From a virus, in UHGV virus genome UHGV-1652597: 18,470 bases of DNA. One strand, 5' to 3'. Under the pieces are notes generated by a model. That model saw only the letters and a list, made by a program, of their open reading frames with translations, had not been told where the DNA came from and did not search any database. The position numbers were made by a program, and so were the translations under genes. Of this stretch, positions 17,839 to 18,470 are shown piece by piece. Position 1 is the first letter of the stretch. Each line of letters begins with the position of its first letter.

Positions 17839-18440
17839 TGGATAACGCTGTATTAAATAGCGAGTTTATTGCTACAAAGGCGGGGAATATTACCGTCTAT
17901 AACTATGATGGCGAAACACGGGAATATATTTCCACATCAACTGAATATCTTGCCGTTGGTGTCGGTATCCCTGCATATTCCTGTTTAGATGCCCCTGGCA
18001 CATACAAAGCTGGTTATGCAATCTGCCGATCTGTAGATTTTAACTCATGGGAATATGTGCCAGACCATCGCGGTGAAATCGTCTTTAGCACCGAAACAGG
18101 AGAATCAAAAGAAATCACAGTTTCGGGTGATTACCCTGATAATACAACCACTATCGCCCCTTTATCTCCATACGATAAATGGGATGGTGAGAAATGGGTG
18201 ACCGATACTGAGGCACAGCATAGCGCCGCAGTAGACGCGGCAGAAGCACAGCGCCAGTCACTGATTGATGCTGCAATGGCTTCCATCAGTCTGATTCAGC
18301 TGAAATTAAAGGCCGGACGGAAACTGACGCAGGCAGAAACAACCCAGCTTAACGCTGTGCTGGATTACATTGACGCGGTGACGGCAACAGATACCAGCAC
18401 CGCGCCGAATGTCATCTGGCCTGAACTGCCGGAGGCGTAG
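17838..18440 (+). CDS. Tail fiber assembly protein (Tfa chaperone)
   Basis: 200 aa; TAATG overlap with the fiber gene; C-terminal region (KWDGEKWVTDTEAQHSAAVDAAEAQRQSLIDAAMASISLIQLKL ... DTSTAPNVIWPELPEA) is characteristic of enterobacterial Tfa proteins. Confidence 0.9.
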   Translation: MDNAVLNSEFIATKAGNITVYNYDGETREYISTSTEYLAVGVGIPAYSCLDAPGTYKAGYAICRSVDFNSWEYVPDHRGEIVFSTETGESKEITVSGDYPDNTTTIAPLSPYDKWDGEKWVTDTEAQHSAAVDAAEAQRQSLIDAAMASISLIQLKLKAGRKLTQAETTQLNAVLDYIDAVTATDTSTAPNVIWPELPEA

Positions 18441-18470
18441 GCCATTCAATATCTGGAGCACTGGAGGGAT

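Noticed and set aside
5-18440. Numerous minus-strand ORFs of 60-256 aa in the six-frame track (for example 2620..3390, 6448..6945, 7035..7625, 12726..13223, 14953..15411)
   Set aside because: All lie antisense to + strand genes that have recognisable phage family signatures and operon-like packing. In G+C-rich DNA long stop-free antisense frames are expected by chance, and none shows a Shine-Dalgarno context or a recognisable protein family.
1-18470. Defence systems, toxin-antitoxin pairs, CRISPR arrays, tRNA/rRNA genes, IS elements, integrase or attachment sites
   Set aside because: Reading both strands shows no direct-repeat arrays, no tRNA-like structures, no terminal inverted repeats flanking a transposase, and no gene outside the + strand structural operon. 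The only non-structural candidate is the small membrane ORF at 2357..2539, reported separately.

Overview
The window is one contiguous, single-strand (+) late morphogenetic operon of a tailed phage or prophage in a G+C-rich, enterobacterial-type background. It reads, in order: a packaging module (P27-family small terminase, large terminase), an HK97-type head module (portal, prohead protease, major capsid protein with N-terminal coiled-coil domain, head-tail connector, head closure protein), then a Mu-like contractile-tail module (neck proteins, sheath, tube, chaperone, tape measure, DNA-circulation protein, baseplate proteins, tail fiber, tail fiber assembly protein). Genes are tightly packed with many overlapping stop/start junctions. 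I found no rRNA, tRNA, CRISPR array, IS element or integrase. The points most worth a second look are a probable programmed -1 frameshift site (T7 run) in the tail chaperone, a 55-codon ORF missing from the supplied track just upstream of the sheath gene, a small two-helix membrane protein inserted between terminase and portal, hairpin elements upstream of terS and downstream of the capsid gene, and an AT-richer cassette spanning the tail fiber C-terminus and tail fiber assembly gene. Nothing here looks like a defence or toxin system; all functional calls rest on remembered family signatures and gene order, not on a database search.
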